Origin: Deltaproteobacteria bacterium
Lineage (GTDB): Bacteria; SAR324; NAC60-12
Length of the DNA: 63,794 nucleotides
NCBI GenBank assembly: GCA_038150265.1
Contig: JAYOTF010000019.1
Coordinates: 1 to 63,794, forward strand
Reading direction: 5' to 3'
Translations under genes and position numbers: made by a program
Shown here: one piece after another, positions 1 through 9,457 of the stretch
Numbering within the stretch: the first letter of the stretch is position 1
How the letters are laid out: each line of letters begins with the position of its first letter
The notes under the pieces: model-generated
What the model saw: only the letters and a program-made list of their open reading frames with translations
The model's database searches: none
Told to the model about the DNA's origin: nothing

Positions 1-2
1 TT

Positions 3-260
3 TCGTTAGCAGGTTACACGGATTGGCAACTTCCGGATAAGGAGACCTTGCAGCAAATGTTTGCTTACGATGAAGGTGGACATTATTCCCAAGCGGAGCT
101 GAAGCGCATGTTTCCGGATATCCATTCCTCGAGCTATTGGTCGTCCACTACTCCTGTATACAGCGCATCCAGTGCCTGGGGCGTGTACTTCACCGATGGC
201 AAAGTGTACGGCTACAGTAAGAGCAAAAACTACTCTGTGCGCTGCGTTCGGGACAGGTGA
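3..260 (+). CDS. DUF1566 (Lcl C-terminal) domain protein, 5'-truncated by the window edge
   Basis: Frame is open from base 3: SLAGYTDWQLPDKETL...YWSST...AWGVYFTDG...VRCVR. These match the GYxDWRLP, YWSST, AWxVxF and VRCVR motifs of DUF1566. Confidence 0.8.
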   Translation, partial: SLAGYTDWQLPDKETLQQMFAYDEGGHYSQAELKRMFPDIHSSSYWSSTTPVYSASSAWGVYFTDGKVYGYSKSKNYSVRCVRDR

Positions 261-491
261 CTGGGGCATTGGACCCTTTGGTGCTTTGAAAAAGGAGGCC
301 TCAGGCCACGCCGATCTTTTGTGATTTCCCTCCGTCGGCTCAGCGTTGGGGGCGTGGGCAATTCTGCTCTTTCTGCTGATGCTCGCTGAGTCCTTGCTCT
401 TGCCCCCGGAACTCGCCAAGATGAAGTCCTCTGGAATCCACTGCTCCTCCGGAAGCCTCGGCGTCCGGACTTCCCCCAGCTGCCGTTTGCG

Positions 492-1493
492 ATGAATGCC
501 TTGGGCCTTGGCCTTGACACGACCTTTGACGACACCTCCGTGGCCATTTTGCGGGGGCACCATGATGTGCTGGCGAACCTGACGCTGTCGCAGTACAAGG
601 AGCATGAGGAGTTTGGCGGAGTGGTTCCGGAACGGGCCTCTCGCAAGCACCTGGAAGTGATCCACCGCTTGATGGCCGAGGCGCTGCAGCAGGCAGAGGT
701 TCAGCAGGAAGAGTTGGACTACATTGCCGTGTCAAACCTGCCGGGGCTGCTGGGCTCATTGCTGGTCGGGCTGATGACGGCGAAGTCGCTGGCGTGGTCC
801 CTCAACCGTCCGCTGGTGGGCGTCAATCACGTTGAATCGCACCCTTACGCGAACTGGCTGACGCATGGTGAGCTGGAGTTTCCCCTCCTGCACCTGGTCG
901 TGGCTGGAGGCCACACGCTGCTGCTGGAGGCCCAGGATCACTTTCAGGCCGAGGTGGTGGGCCGCACCATGGACGATGCTGCCGGAGAGTGTGTGGACAA
1001 GGTGGCCAAGATGTTTGGGCACCCCATGCCGGGTGGACCGATTGTGGACCGTTTTGCTCTGGAAGCCGACGGAACAGCCTACGACTTTCCGCGTCCCCTG
1101 CTCAACAAACCCGGGGCCGAGTTTTCCTTCAGTGGCCTGAAAACGGCGATGCTGCGCTTCCGCGAGGAGCACCCTCAGGCGGTGGCGGAAGACGAGCCGG
1201 CGGTGCTGGCGTCCTTCTTTCAGGCGGTGGTGGACGTGTTGGTGCAGAAGACCTTCCGGACCCTGGAAGAGCGCAAGCTGACCCGGCTCTCGGTGTCCGG
1301 AGGCCTGGCGGCAAGCCGCAAGCTCCGGGCCGCCTTTGAGGCAGAAGCCGAGCGGCGTCAGGTCACGCTCTACTACCCTCCTCCTCGTCTCTGTACAGAC
1401 AATGCCGCCATGATCACCTGTCGGGCGTCTTACAGGTTTGCTGCCGGCCTGACGGATGACCTCCGTCTGGAGGCCTTCCCCAACATGCTCTGA
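492..1493 (+). CDS. tsaD: tRNA N6-adenosine threonylcarbamoyltransferase TsaD
   Basis: GGVVPERASRKH, VNHVESH (HxxxH), GGHT, DDAAGE, FSFSGLKTA, CTDNAAMI. Confidence 0.95.
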   Translation: MNALGLGLDTTFDDTSVAILRGHHDVLANLTLSQYKEHEEFGGVVPERASRKHLEVIHRLMAEALQQAEVQQEELDYIAVSNLPGLLGSLLVGLMTAKSLAWSLNRPLVGVNHVESHPYANWLTHGELEFPLLHLVVAGGHTLLLEAQDHFQAEVVGRTMDDAAGECVDKVAKMFGHPMPGGPIVDRFALEADGTAYDFPRPLLNKPGAEFSFSGLKTAMLRFREEHPQAVAEDEPAVLASFFQAVVDVLVQKTFRTLEERKLTRLSVSGGLAASRKLRAAFEAEAERRQVTLYYPPPRLCTDNAAMITCRASYRFAAGLTDDLRLEAFPNML

Positions 1494-1508
1494 CGGTGAC
1501 GGAGGCAA

Positions 1509-2414
1509 GTGAGCCTACGCGTGTGGGGCTTTCTCCTGTTGCTGGGAGGCATCTGGGGCGGATCGTTCTTCTTTGTCGCGGTGATCCTCCGCGAGCTGCC
1601 GGTTCTGACCACGGTCTTCCTGCGGCTGTCGCTGGCTGCGCTGGTGCTGCTCGTGGTGCTGCGGCTGCGTCGGGAGTCGCTTCACTTCTGGCAGAACCTG
1701 CCCACCTTTGCCGTCCTCGGCCTCTTCAACAATGTCATCCCCTTTGGCCTGATCACCTTTGGTCAGCAGTCGATTGACAGTGGTCTGGCGTCCATCATCA
1801 ATGCTGCCACGCCTCTTTCCGGAATCGTCATTGCGCACTTTGTGCTGCCTGATGAGCCGATGCGCTTCCGCAAGGTGGTGGGGGTGCTGGTGGGGCTTTC
1901 CGGGATTGTGCTGATGATGGGCACCACGGCGCTGGAAGACGTCGGCAGCCACCTGCTGGCCGAGGTGGCCGTCTTTGTGGCAACGGTGAGCTACGGCATC
2001 GCTGGGAGCTTCGGGAAGCTACGCCTCAGGAGCATCCCTCCGCTGCAGGCGGCGACGGGCATGCTCTGCGCGTCATCGCTGTGGTTGGTGGTTCCGGTAC
2101 TCGTGGTGGAAGGCGTGCCAGCTCAGGTGCCGTCACCGGAAACCCTCGCAGCGCTGCTGGCGCTTGCCCTGTTCAGCACGAGCTTTGCGTACCTGATCTT
2201 CTTCCGGGTGCTTGCCCTGGCCGGGCCTTCCAACCTGCTGCTGGTCACCATGATTGTTCCGGTGAACGCCAACCTGCTGGGCGTCACCCTGCTGGGGGAG
2301 TCGCTTTCGCTGACAGAAGTCAGTGGACTGGGCCTGCTGGCCCTGGGGCTGATGGTGGTGGATGGACGGGTGCTGGAAGCCGGGGGCCGTCGGTGGAGGC
2401 CCCGGAGTTCCTGA
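1509..2414 (+). CDS. DMT/EamA family transporter
   Basis: About 10 hydrophobic segments, IWGGSF N-terminal motif, 301 aa. Confidence 0.85.
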   Translation: MSLRVWGFLLLLGGIWGGSFFFVAVILRELPVLTTVFLRLSLAALVLLVVLRLRRESLHFWQNLPTFAVLGLFNNVIPFGLITFGQQSIDSGLASIINAATPLSGIVIAHFVLPDEPMRFRKVVGVLVGLSGIVLMMGTTALEDVGSHLLAEVAVFVATVSYGIAGSFGKLRLRSIPPLQAATGMLCASSLWLVVPVLVVEGVPAQVPSPETLAALLALALFSTSFAYLIFFRVLALAGPSNLLLVTMIVPVNANLLGVTLLGESLSLTEVSGLGLLALGLMVVDGRVLEAGGRRWRPRSS

Positions 2415-2428
2415 ATGCGGGCGCCTGC

Positions 2429-3316
2429 TCAGGAAGCCGTCGCTGGCGCATCAAAACGGTCGAAGGTCTGCTGCATGCGGGCCGGGTCGGGCGTGCAGCC
2501 ACTGAACAGCTGAAAGGCCTGGGCGGCCTGGTGCAACGCCATCCCGGATCCGGGAAGCGTTTGGCAGCCGAGCCGGCGAGCCGCTTTCAGAAGCGGGGTC
2601 TCCAGTGGAAAGTAGACAATGTCAGCGACCCAGTGGCGCGGTTCCAGCCACGGCTCTGGAAGCGGGCTCCCCGGGAGCTTGGCCATGCCGACGGGGCTGG
2701 CGTTGACGAGGCCGTCCACCTTCCGGACGGTCTCTGCAGGAGCCGTGACCACCTGAACGGTGGCGCTGTTGCGTTCGCGCAGTCGAGTGGCCAGGAGCTG
2801 GGCGGCTTCGTCATCCGGATCAAGCAGATGGAGGTGGGCGACTCCGGCATCCAGCAGCGCCTGGGCCACCGCTCCTCCGGCGCCTCCGGCTCCGAGCAGC
2901 AGCACGTTTTCCCGAGGCACCTCAGGCAGCCCTTCCCGAAAGCTCTGGGCAAATCCACCGTAGTCGGTGTTGTAGCCCCGGCGCTTCCCGTCTTTCAGCA
3001 CAATCGTGTTGACGGCTCCAATCGCCAGGGCCTCCTCAGCAACTTCGTCGAGGCATTCCAGCGCCTTCCGTTTGTAGGGATACGTGACATTGACACCGGA
3101 AAACCCAACAATTTCTGCAGCCCGGAGCACGTCTTCAAACGTCAGGTCGGGCGCCATCTGATCAAGGTCGAGCAGCTGGTACAGGTAGCGGAGCCCCAGG
3201 GCGTGGCCCTCGGCTTCATGCATGGCTGGCGTTCGGGACAGCTGAATGCCCCGACCGATGAGGCCAACGAGGAAGGTGTCTGGCGGAGAGCCCGCAGGCG
3301 GAGTGAGTGCCGTCAT
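2429..3316 (-). CDS. aroE: Shikimate/quinate dehydrogenase (AroE family)
   Basis: SRTPAMH, GVNVTYPYK, IGAVNT, YNTD, LGAGGAG, NASPVGM, DIVYFPLET. Start placed at the internal ATG (MTALT). Confidence 0.85.
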   Translation of the reverse strand: MTALTPPAGSPPDTFLVGLIGRGIQLSRTPAMHEAEGHALGLRYLYQLLDLDQMAPDLTFEDVLRAAEIVGFSGVNVTYPYKRKALECLDEVAEEALAIGAVNTIVLKDGKRRGYNTDYGGFAQSFREGLPEVPRENVLLLGAGGAGGAVAQALLDAGVAHLHLLDPDDEAAQLLATRLRERNSATVQVVTAPAETVRKVDGLVNASPVGMAKLPGSPLPEPWLEPRHWVADIVYFPLETPLLKAARRLGCQTLPGSGMALHQAAQAFQLFSGCTPDPARMQQTFDRFDAPATAS

Positions 3317-3335
3317 GGTGGTCTGGGTCAAGGGA

Positions 3336-4250
3336 TCAAGGGGGAGACGCATCGAGTCGGGAGAGGACGATTCCGGAGGCCATGATGATGGCAATTCCCA
3401 GGAAGGTGATGAGATCCGGAAGCGTCTGGAAGATCAGGAAGCTCCACATCACGGAGGAGAGCATTTCGAAGTACCCAAAGGGCGCCATCAGCGAGGCGGG
3501 AGCAAAGTCCAGCGCCCGGATGAGGCAGTAGTGTCCGGCAGAGCCGAAGAACCCGACACCGACCATCAGCAGCAGCTCCTCGCCGGTGGGCCAGACCCAC
3601 CCGAGCGGGAACGTCACCAGGAAGCCGAGGGTGCAGAGGATGGAGGTGCACAGCAGGGTCACCAGCGGCTGATCCTTCCCCGTCATGCGCCGGGTGATCA
3701 TGACGTATGCCGCAAAGCTCAATCCGGTGCCCAGGGCAAAGAGCATCTCGGGCTGGAAGTGGTTGAAGCCGGGCCGGAGGATGATGAGGACCCCCGAGAA
3801 GCCGACTGCCGAGGCGAGCCAGCGGGGCCAGCCGACGGCCTCCTTGAGCAAAAACGCTGCGCCAAGGGTGACCAGAATCGGGTAGATGAAGGCCAGGGCG
3901 AGGGCATCGGGAATGTTCATGCCCCGGATGGCCCCGAAGAAGCAGAAGGTGGAGGCCACCATGAACACCGCCCGGGGCAGCTGCCAGCGCCACGCCAGTT
4001 GGCGGTAGTTGAGCCGCGGGTGCCGCCACATCACCAGCGGAAGCAGCAGCACCGTGCTGGTGGCAAAGCGGGCCCAGACGATCTGGGGCAACGGAATGGT
4101 GTCAGAAAGCAACTTGGCGCACACGTCCAGCATGGGCACCAGCACCATGCCCAGCAGCATGAGCAGGATGCCCTTGGTCTTGTCGGAAAGCAGGCGCGGC
4201 ACGGTGGCCTGTGCGGTCACGGGAGCCTCAAGCAGAGAACGAGATGACAC
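3336..4250 (-). CDS. DMT/EamA family transporter (start uncertain)
   Basis: Hydrophobic multi-TM protein with LLKEAVG..RW..GVLIILRPG and APFGY motifs. Confidence 0.85.
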   Translation of the reverse strand: MSSRSLLEAPVTAQATVPRLLSDKTKGILLMLLGMVLVPMLDVCAKLLSDTIPLPQIVWARFATSTVLLLPLVMWRHPRLNYRQLAWRWQLPRAVFMVASTFCFFGAIRGMNIPDALALAFIYPILVTLGAAFLLKEAVGWPRWLASAVGFSGVLIILRPGFNHFQPEMLFALGTGLSFAAYVMITRRMTGKDQPLVTLLCTSILCTLGFLVTFPLGWVWPTGEELLLMVGVGFFGSAGHYCLIRALDFAPASLMAPFGYFEMLSSVMWSFLIFQTLPDLITFLGIAIIMASGIVLSRLDASPP

Positions 4251-4393
4251 ACCACTCCTCCGCAGGTGGGGACACAGCGGAGGTTGATCACGAGAGAAGC
4301 GACAAGCCTACTTTCCGGCCCCTTCCGGGTCAAGCAACTTATTTGACCCGGAGGAAGGAGTTTCGTTGCAACTGCCTCCGGACCTGTGGTCTG

Positions 4394-5350
4394 ATGAGCC
4401 CACGCTCCTCCTTGACCTTTTTCTTACTCTCCCGGAGTCCTGGTTTGGCAACGCTCACCTCTCGCTGGACAACCGTCCACCCTGTGGCCAAGGGCATTGT
4501 GCTGATGATCCTGGCGGTCTTTTCCTTCAGCTGCATGGATGCCCTGGCCAAGGCCCTTTCGCAGCGTTACGACCCCGTGCAGGTGGTGTGGGCACGGTAC
4601 TCCAGCCAGACCTTCTGGTCCTTCCTCCTGCTGTCTCCCTTCCTGAAGCGGTTGCTCCGGACCCGTTACTTCAAGTTGCAGCTCCTGCGCTCCGCCCTGC
4701 TCTTTGGGGCGACGCTGCTGTTCTTCAGTGGGTTCCGCTACCTGAAGCTCGCAGAGATGACGGCCATCTTTGAGGTGGCTCCGTTGGTCATTACGGTGTT
4801 TTCGTTTCTTTTGCTGAAGGAGGAAGTGGGGCGGTCCCGCTGGCTAGGGGTCACCGCCGGACTCCTGGGAGCGTTGATCATCATCCGTCCGGGCAGCGAA
4901 GTCTTCACGCCTTATGCGCTGCTCCCGGTGCTGGCTGCCTGCTGCTTTGCGGGGTACTCCATTGCCACCCGGTTTCTGGGCTCAGAGGAGCCGGCGTGGA
5001 CGAGCTTCCTCTACACCTCGCTGATCGGGACGGTGTTTGCGTCGTTCATGGTGCCCTTTCACTGGACCCCTGTGGAAGCACCCGACCTGCCGGTGCTGGC
5101 CACCTTTGGGGTCATCGGTGGCATCGGGCACCTCGTGCTCATCTTTGCGTTGCGTTACACCCAGGCGTCAGTGATTGCGCCCTTTTCGTACTTTGGCCTG
5201 ATGTTCAACAGCGTGTGGGGGTGGTGGTTCTTTGCGGAAATTCCAGACGGCCCCACCTACCTGGGGGCCATCGTGATTGTGGTCGCGGGGGTCTTTGTCT
5301 GGTACCGGGAAAACCGGAAGGCCGTTGCCGCAGCGATTTCCGTAAACTGA
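4394..5350 (+). CDS. DMT/EamA family transporter (start uncertain)
   Basis: Same family motifs as the divergent neighbour (LLKEEVG..RW..GALIIIRPG, APFSY). Confidence 0.85.
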   Translation: MSPRSSLTFFLLSRSPGLATLTSRWTTVHPVAKGIVLMILAVFSFSCMDALAKALSQRYDPVQVVWARYSSQTFWSFLLLSPFLKRLLRTRYFKLQLLRSALLFGATLLFFSGFRYLKLAEMTAIFEVAPLVITVFSFLLLKEEVGRSRWLGVTAGLLGALIIIRPGSEVFTPYALLPVLAACCFAGYSIATRFLGSEEPAWTSFLYTSLIGTVFASFMVPFHWTPVEAPDLPVLATFGVIGGIGHLVLIFALRYTQASVIAPFSYFGLMFNSVWGWWFFAEIPDGPTYLGAIVIVVAGVFVWYRENRKAVAAAISVN

Positions 5351-5360
5351 CCGGGCACGG

Positions 5361-5534
5361 CTACGGCAGGGGGACCGCACAGAAGCCTCCGGAGGCGGCA
5401 GCTCCCGAGCCCCAGGCCAGCGGAGGGGGCGCCTGAAAGGGATCGATCGGGAGGCTCTGGACCAGGTCTGCCCCAATGAAGCCTCCCAGCACCACCAGGA
5501 GGATCAGCATCGCATGAGCGCGGTTCAGCCTCAT
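5361..5534 (-). CDS. Small single-TM protein (57 aa) with a Gly-rich tail ending in Cys; third gene of the rhodanese-YeeE operon
   Basis: ATG overlaps the YeeE stop (ATGA) and is preceded by GGAGGAGG. Translation: MRLNRAHAMLILLVVLGGFIGADLVQSLPIDPFQAPPPLAWGSGAAASGGFCAVPLP. Confidence 0.6.
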   Translation of the reverse strand: MRLNRAHAMLILLVVLGGFIGADLVQSLPIDPFQAPPPLAWGSGAAASGGFCAVPLP

Positions 5535-6667
5535 CGTCCTCCTCCCAAGAGGGTGTCCCGCATCCGGACTCCAACCAGGGATCCGGCAAAGGCCGCGACG
5601 AACCAAACCCAGCCGTGGAGGCTCCCGGTGGCGATGCCGCTGAAGAACGCCCCGACGTTGCAGCCGTAGGCCATCCGCGAGGCATAGCCCATGACCAGTG
5701 CGGCTCCGGCGCCGATGCTCCAGAAGCGAGGAGGCAGGGGAGCCGCCTCCGGCAGAGGCCCCTTCCAGCGGGCAGCGAGGGCCGCGCCCACCAGCAGGCC
5801 GAGGTCGGTGACAGAGGTCACATCCAGCAGAAGGCTGGTGGTGAGGCGCTCCGCATTTCCGGCAGCACTCCAAAACGCAAACCCGCTCAGGTCGGCACCC
5901 GCCCAGGTCGCGGCCTTGGCGCCCCAGAGTCCCAACCCATAGACCACGCCCCAGGGCTGTCCGGACACCAGCAGGTTCAGGGTGGCCAGACCCGCCAGCA
6001 ATCCCACTGCGAGCCACAGCCGATGGGGCAAGGCCTGCTCGTCTCGTGGCGCAAGGGCCCGGAGCCCCAGAACCAGGGCCAGCAGTCCGGTGACCGTCAC
6101 AACGGTCGCGCCCTCTGAGCCAAGGCGTGCACTGAGGGCAATCGGAGCGAACGTGCCCAGACGCTCCCATTCCGGCAGATGCAGGGTGCCCAGAAAGCTG
6201 CCGGCGATGAAAAACGGCAGGGCCCAGAGCCCCATCAGGTTGCCGCTCCCAGCGTTGACAAGGGTTCCGGAACCGCACCCCAGGATCACCTGCATGGCAG
6301 CGCCAAACAAAAAGGCGCCGAAGACCATGGAGAAGCCGATGGGGGCCGCAGCGCCCATGAGTTCACCGTTGGCGTGGGCAAGCAGGGGCAGGCTGAAGAG
6401 AGCGGTCAGGGCAATTGCGAGCAGCTGGGCCCGGAGCCCACGGGTGTCGCGGTGCAGGATCACACGGCGCCATGGACCCGCAAAACCAAACCGGAGGCCC
6501 TCCAGCGTGGCCCCCAGCCCCAGCCCAATGAGGAGCAACAGCCCCTGGCGGACCCCCGCGTAGATCGACAGGCTGAGGACGAGCAGCAGGGCCGAAAGCG
6601 CAAGGGGCAGACGGATCCGAGAGGTTGGGGGGGCCGGAGCCGCAGAGGCGGTCAGAAGCACAGTCAT
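5531..6667 (-). CDS. YeeE/YedE family sulfur-compound (thiosulfate) transporter
   Basis: GCGSGTL and AYGCNVGAFFSG motifs, multiple TM helices, next to a rhodanese gene. Confidence 0.88.
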   Translation of the reverse strand: MTVLLTASAAPAPPTSRIRLPLALSALLLVLSLSIYAGVRQGLLLLIGLGLGATLEGLRFGFAGPWRRVILHRDTRGLRAQLLAIALTALFSLPLLAHANGELMGAAAPIGFSMVFGAFLFGAAMQVILGCGSGTLVNAGSGNLMGLWALPFFIAGSFLGTLHLPEWERLGTFAPIALSARLGSEGATVVTVTGLLALVLGLRALAPRDEQALPHRLWLAVGLLAGLATLNLLVSGQPWGVVYGLGLWGAKAATWAGADLSGFAFWSAAGNAERLTTSLLLDVTSVTDLGLLVGAALAARWKGPLPEAAPLPPRFWSIGAGAALVMGYASRMAYGCNVGAFFSGIATGSLHGWVWFVAAFAGSLVGVRMRDTLLGGGR

Positions 6668-6681
6668 GAGAGCCCTCGGAG

Positions 6682-7662
6682 TCAGTTGAAGCGCTGGGCG
6701 AGCCACTTTTGCGTGGAAAGCCAGGCCCACTCGAGGCGTCCGGGGACGTGGTCCATTGGGCGGTTCTGGGCCGACCACTCAACGAGGGAGTCCGGATAGA
6801 GCTTGACGCCGGAGACGCCTCCGAGCTCGCTGAGGACAAACCAGTTGGTGGCCGCCCAGTGCCCGGTGTTGCAGAACGAAACGGTGGTGGACGTCTGCCC
6901 AAGGCGGTGCGTTTCAATCAGCGCCCGCAGGGTTTCTGGGGCTGCCAGCCGTGGGCCTCCTTCCTGAAACCACAGCTGGTTGTCAAAGTCGTCAGCGCCC
7001 GCGATCGTCCCCGGACGCGCTGCCGCTGCATGCCAGCGCTTCCCTTCATAAAAGGAAGCTGGGCGGGCATCCAGCAGCTGCACCTCTGCTTGCCCCAGCA
7101 GCAGCTCCACGTCATCGGTGGTGGCGAGCCACTGCGGCTGGATCTGTGCCGGGTAGTCGCTGGGCAGGGGAGTGAAGGTGTCCTGACTGATGGGGAGCCC
7201 CGCCGCCTTCCAGGCCACGAAACCGCCGTTGAGGATGGCCAGGTTCTGGAGCCCCGCGGTTTTCAACGACCAGTACACCCGGGCCGCTGCGCCGAAGTCA
7301 CTGAAGTTGTGACCCTGGTGAATGATCACGACCGGAGTCTCTGCTTCAACGCCCAGCGCCTGTACCAGCCAGGTGAGCTTTTCCTGGCTGACGAACTTTC
7401 CGGGGTTGTCGGGCTGACCCCGCCAGGTGGCGTAGGGCGAGGAAACCGCGAAGGGCAGGTGCCCCGCCTGGTACGAAGCCTCCGGAGTGGAGGCCTGCAG
7501 GGCGCGGATGTCCACCAGGGTGATGGCATCCGGGTGCGCTTGCAGAAGCTGCTGCAATTCGGCGGGCGCCAGCAGGGGCTTCCAGCCACTGAACGGAACG
7601 GCTCCGGCCAGCGGAGCCAGCAGAAGCAGGATTCCCATTAAGAAGGCGGTTCGTTTCATCAT
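6682..7662 (-). CDS. Exported tandem-domain rhodanese (sulfurtransferase)
   Basis: N-terminal signal peptide, GHLPFA, AARVYW, LNGG, LLDAR, active-site loop CNTGHWA, YPDSLVEW. Confidence 0.88.
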   Translation of the reverse strand: MMKRTAFLMGILLLLAPLAGAVPFSGWKPLLAPAELQQLLQAHPDAITLVDIRALQASTPEASYQAGHLPFAVSSPYATWRGQPDNPGKFVSQEKLTWLVQALGVEAETPVVIIHQGHNFSDFGAAARVYWSLKTAGLQNLAILNGGFVAWKAAGLPISQDTFTPLPSDYPAQIQPQWLATTDDVELLLGQAEVQLLDARPASFYEGKRWHAAAARPGTIAGADDFDNQLWFQEGGPRLAAPETLRALIETHRLGQTSTTVSFCNTGHWAATNWFVLSELGGVSGVKLYPDSLVEWSAQNRPMDHVPGRLEWAWLSTQKWLAQRFN

Positions 7663-7720
7663 CTCAGTCTCAGCTCGGGGGAAGAGGAACGGTCGTCCGG
7701 AGAACGACCCGGGTTCTGTT

Positions 7721-7796
7721 ACTTTATAGTGAAATTTATCATTTTTATCAAACTTAAATTCTATTTAATGAATTTTTTAGATTATATTGAACAAGT
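7721..7796. promoter_or_regulatory. AT-rich divergent promoter region between the rhodanese operon and ddl
   Basis: About 75 bp of very AT-rich sequence in a GC-rich background, between divergent genes. Confidence 0.55.
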
Positions 7797-7922
7797 TTGA
7801 GGCGAGCGGAGCGGTCTCGTCATTGCCTCTGTCCCGGAAGATTGATAAGGTATCGCTTTTCCTCCTTCATCCGATCGATGGCCCCGCCTTCACCCGGATT
7901 CACCCTGTTGGTTCACGCATTC

Positions 7923-8978
7923 ATGCCTTCCTCCAAACTCACCATTGGGATCATCTGTGGCGGGGTCAGTGGCGAACACGAAGTGTCGCTGCTGTCTGCC
8001 TTCAACATCTTTCGGGCACTGGACCGGACGCGGTTCCGGGCGCGTTTGCTGGGAATTGACAAGCAGGGAAACTGGTGTTGGGGAGACGACGAGGCCCTCA
8101 TTGCTGACGCCCAGGACGTCCGGAAGGCGCACCTGACGGCGCAGGCTCCACAGGTTGAGGGACAAAGCGCCGACCTGTTGCCGGGTTCGCTCAAGCGGGC
8201 GTTGCAGGAGGTGGATGTTTTCTTTCCGATCACCCACGGGCGGTACGGGGAAGACGGGGCGCTGCAGGGGCTGCTGGAGCTGCTGGGCAAGCCGTATGTG
8301 GGGTGCCCCATTGCCGGCTCAGCGGTGGGCATGGACAAGGACCTGACCAAGCGGCTGCTGCGGAGCGTCGGGGTGCCTGTGGCGCGGTCCCGGACCCTGC
8401 GGTTCGGAGAGGCATGGAGCTATGAAGCGGCAGCGGCCGAACTCGGAGCCACGCTCTTCATCAAACCTGCCCGCGAGGGATCGTCTCTCGGGGTGTCAAA
8501 GGTCCGGGATGCCGCCGGTTATGACGAGGCGTTGCGCCAGGCGTTTGAGCTGGACCGGAAGGTGTTGGTGGAAGAAGCTGTGGTGGGGCGAGAAATTGAA
8601 TGCTCGGTGCTGGGAAACGCCGACCCACAGGCCGCTCCGGTGCTGGGAGAAATCCGCTCCCGTCACGAGTTTTATTCGTATGAGGCCAAGTACGTTGATG
8701 AAAATGGCGCCGAGCTGGTGGTGCCCGCACCGGTTGAGCCTGCCGTTGCCGAGCAGATTCGAGCCGCAGCGGTGCAGGCCTTCACGGTGACGGAATGTCG
8801 GGGCATGGCACGGGTGGACTTCTTCTTGCGCGAGGACGGGAGCTTCATCCTCAATGAGCTGAACACGCTTCCGGGCTTCACGAACATCAGCATGTATCCT
8901 CGCCTGTGGATTGAGTCCGGGGTTCCGTATCCGGAACTCCTCAGCCGCCTGATTGACCTGGCTCGGGAGGCGTCATGA
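7923..8978 (+). CDS. ddl: D-alanine--D-alanine ligase
   Basis: GGVSGEHEVS, HGRYGEDG, GSSLG, GREIEC, FYSYEAKY, NELNTLPGFT. Confidence 0.95.
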   Translation: MPSSKLTIGIICGGVSGEHEVSLLSAFNIFRALDRTRFRARLLGIDKQGNWCWGDDEALIADAQDVRKAHLTAQAPQVEGQSADLLPGSLKRALQEVDVFFPITHGRYGEDGALQGLLELLGKPYVGCPIAGSAVGMDKDLTKRLLRSVGVPVARSRTLRFGEAWSYEAAAAELGATLFIKPAREGSSLGVSKVRDAAGYDEALRQAFELDRKVLVEEAVVGREIECSVLGNADPQAAPVLGEIRSRHEFYSYEAKYVDENGAELVVPAPVEPAVAEQIRAAAVQAFTVTECRGMARVDFFLREDGSFILNELNTLPGFTNISMYPRLWIESGVPYPELLSRLIDLAREAS

Positions 8979-9451
8979 GGCTCTTCCCGGAGCCTCCGCT
9001 CAACGTGGTGCTCTATGAGCCTCAGATTCCCCCGAATACCGGAAACATTGCCCGCCTCTGTGCTGCTGTTCGGTGCCACCTGATTCTGCTCGGCCAATTG
9101 GGGTTCGACCTCAGTGACGCGCAGCTCAAGCGAGCGGGGCTCGACTACTGGAAGTGGGTCAGCTGGGAGCACCTGCCGGATGCCGAGGCGTTTTTTCGAG
9201 GGCTCCCTCCGGAGCGAACGCACCTCATTTCAGCGCATGCCGAGAAGCCCTACACGCGGATGAATCCGCAACCCGGAGACTACCTCTTCATGGGGAAGGA
9301 AACCACGGGGCTTCCGAAGGAGTGGCTGGCGGAGCATCCGGAACGCGGCTTCACCATCCCCATGTGGGAACGCAACGTCCGGAGCCTCAACCTCAGTTCT
9401 TCCACGGCGATTGTCGTTTATGACGCCTTGCGGCAGCTGGACGCGTTTTGA
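8975..9451 (+). CDS. trmL: tRNA (cytidine34-2'-O)-methyltransferase
   Basis: PQIPPNTGNIARLC, KRAGLDYW, GKETTGL, RSLNLS. Confidence 0.93.
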   Translation: MRLFPEPPLNVVLYEPQIPPNTGNIARLCAAVRCHLILLGQLGFDLSDAQLKRAGLDYWKWVSWEHLPDAEAFFRGLPPERTHLISAHAEKPYTRMNPQPGDYLFMGKETTGLPKEWLAEHPERGFTIPMWERNVRSLNLSSSTAIVVYDALRQLDAF

Positions 9452-9457
9452 GCCAAC

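Noticed and set aside
2081..4247. Long plus-strand ORFs of 434 and 333 aa
   Set aside because: Antisense to aroE and a DMT gene, with no motifs.
5361..6278. 305-aa minus-strand ORF overlapping yeeE
   Set aside because: The upstream part is an off-frame overlap of yeeE. Only the last 57 codons have an RBS and protein-like character.
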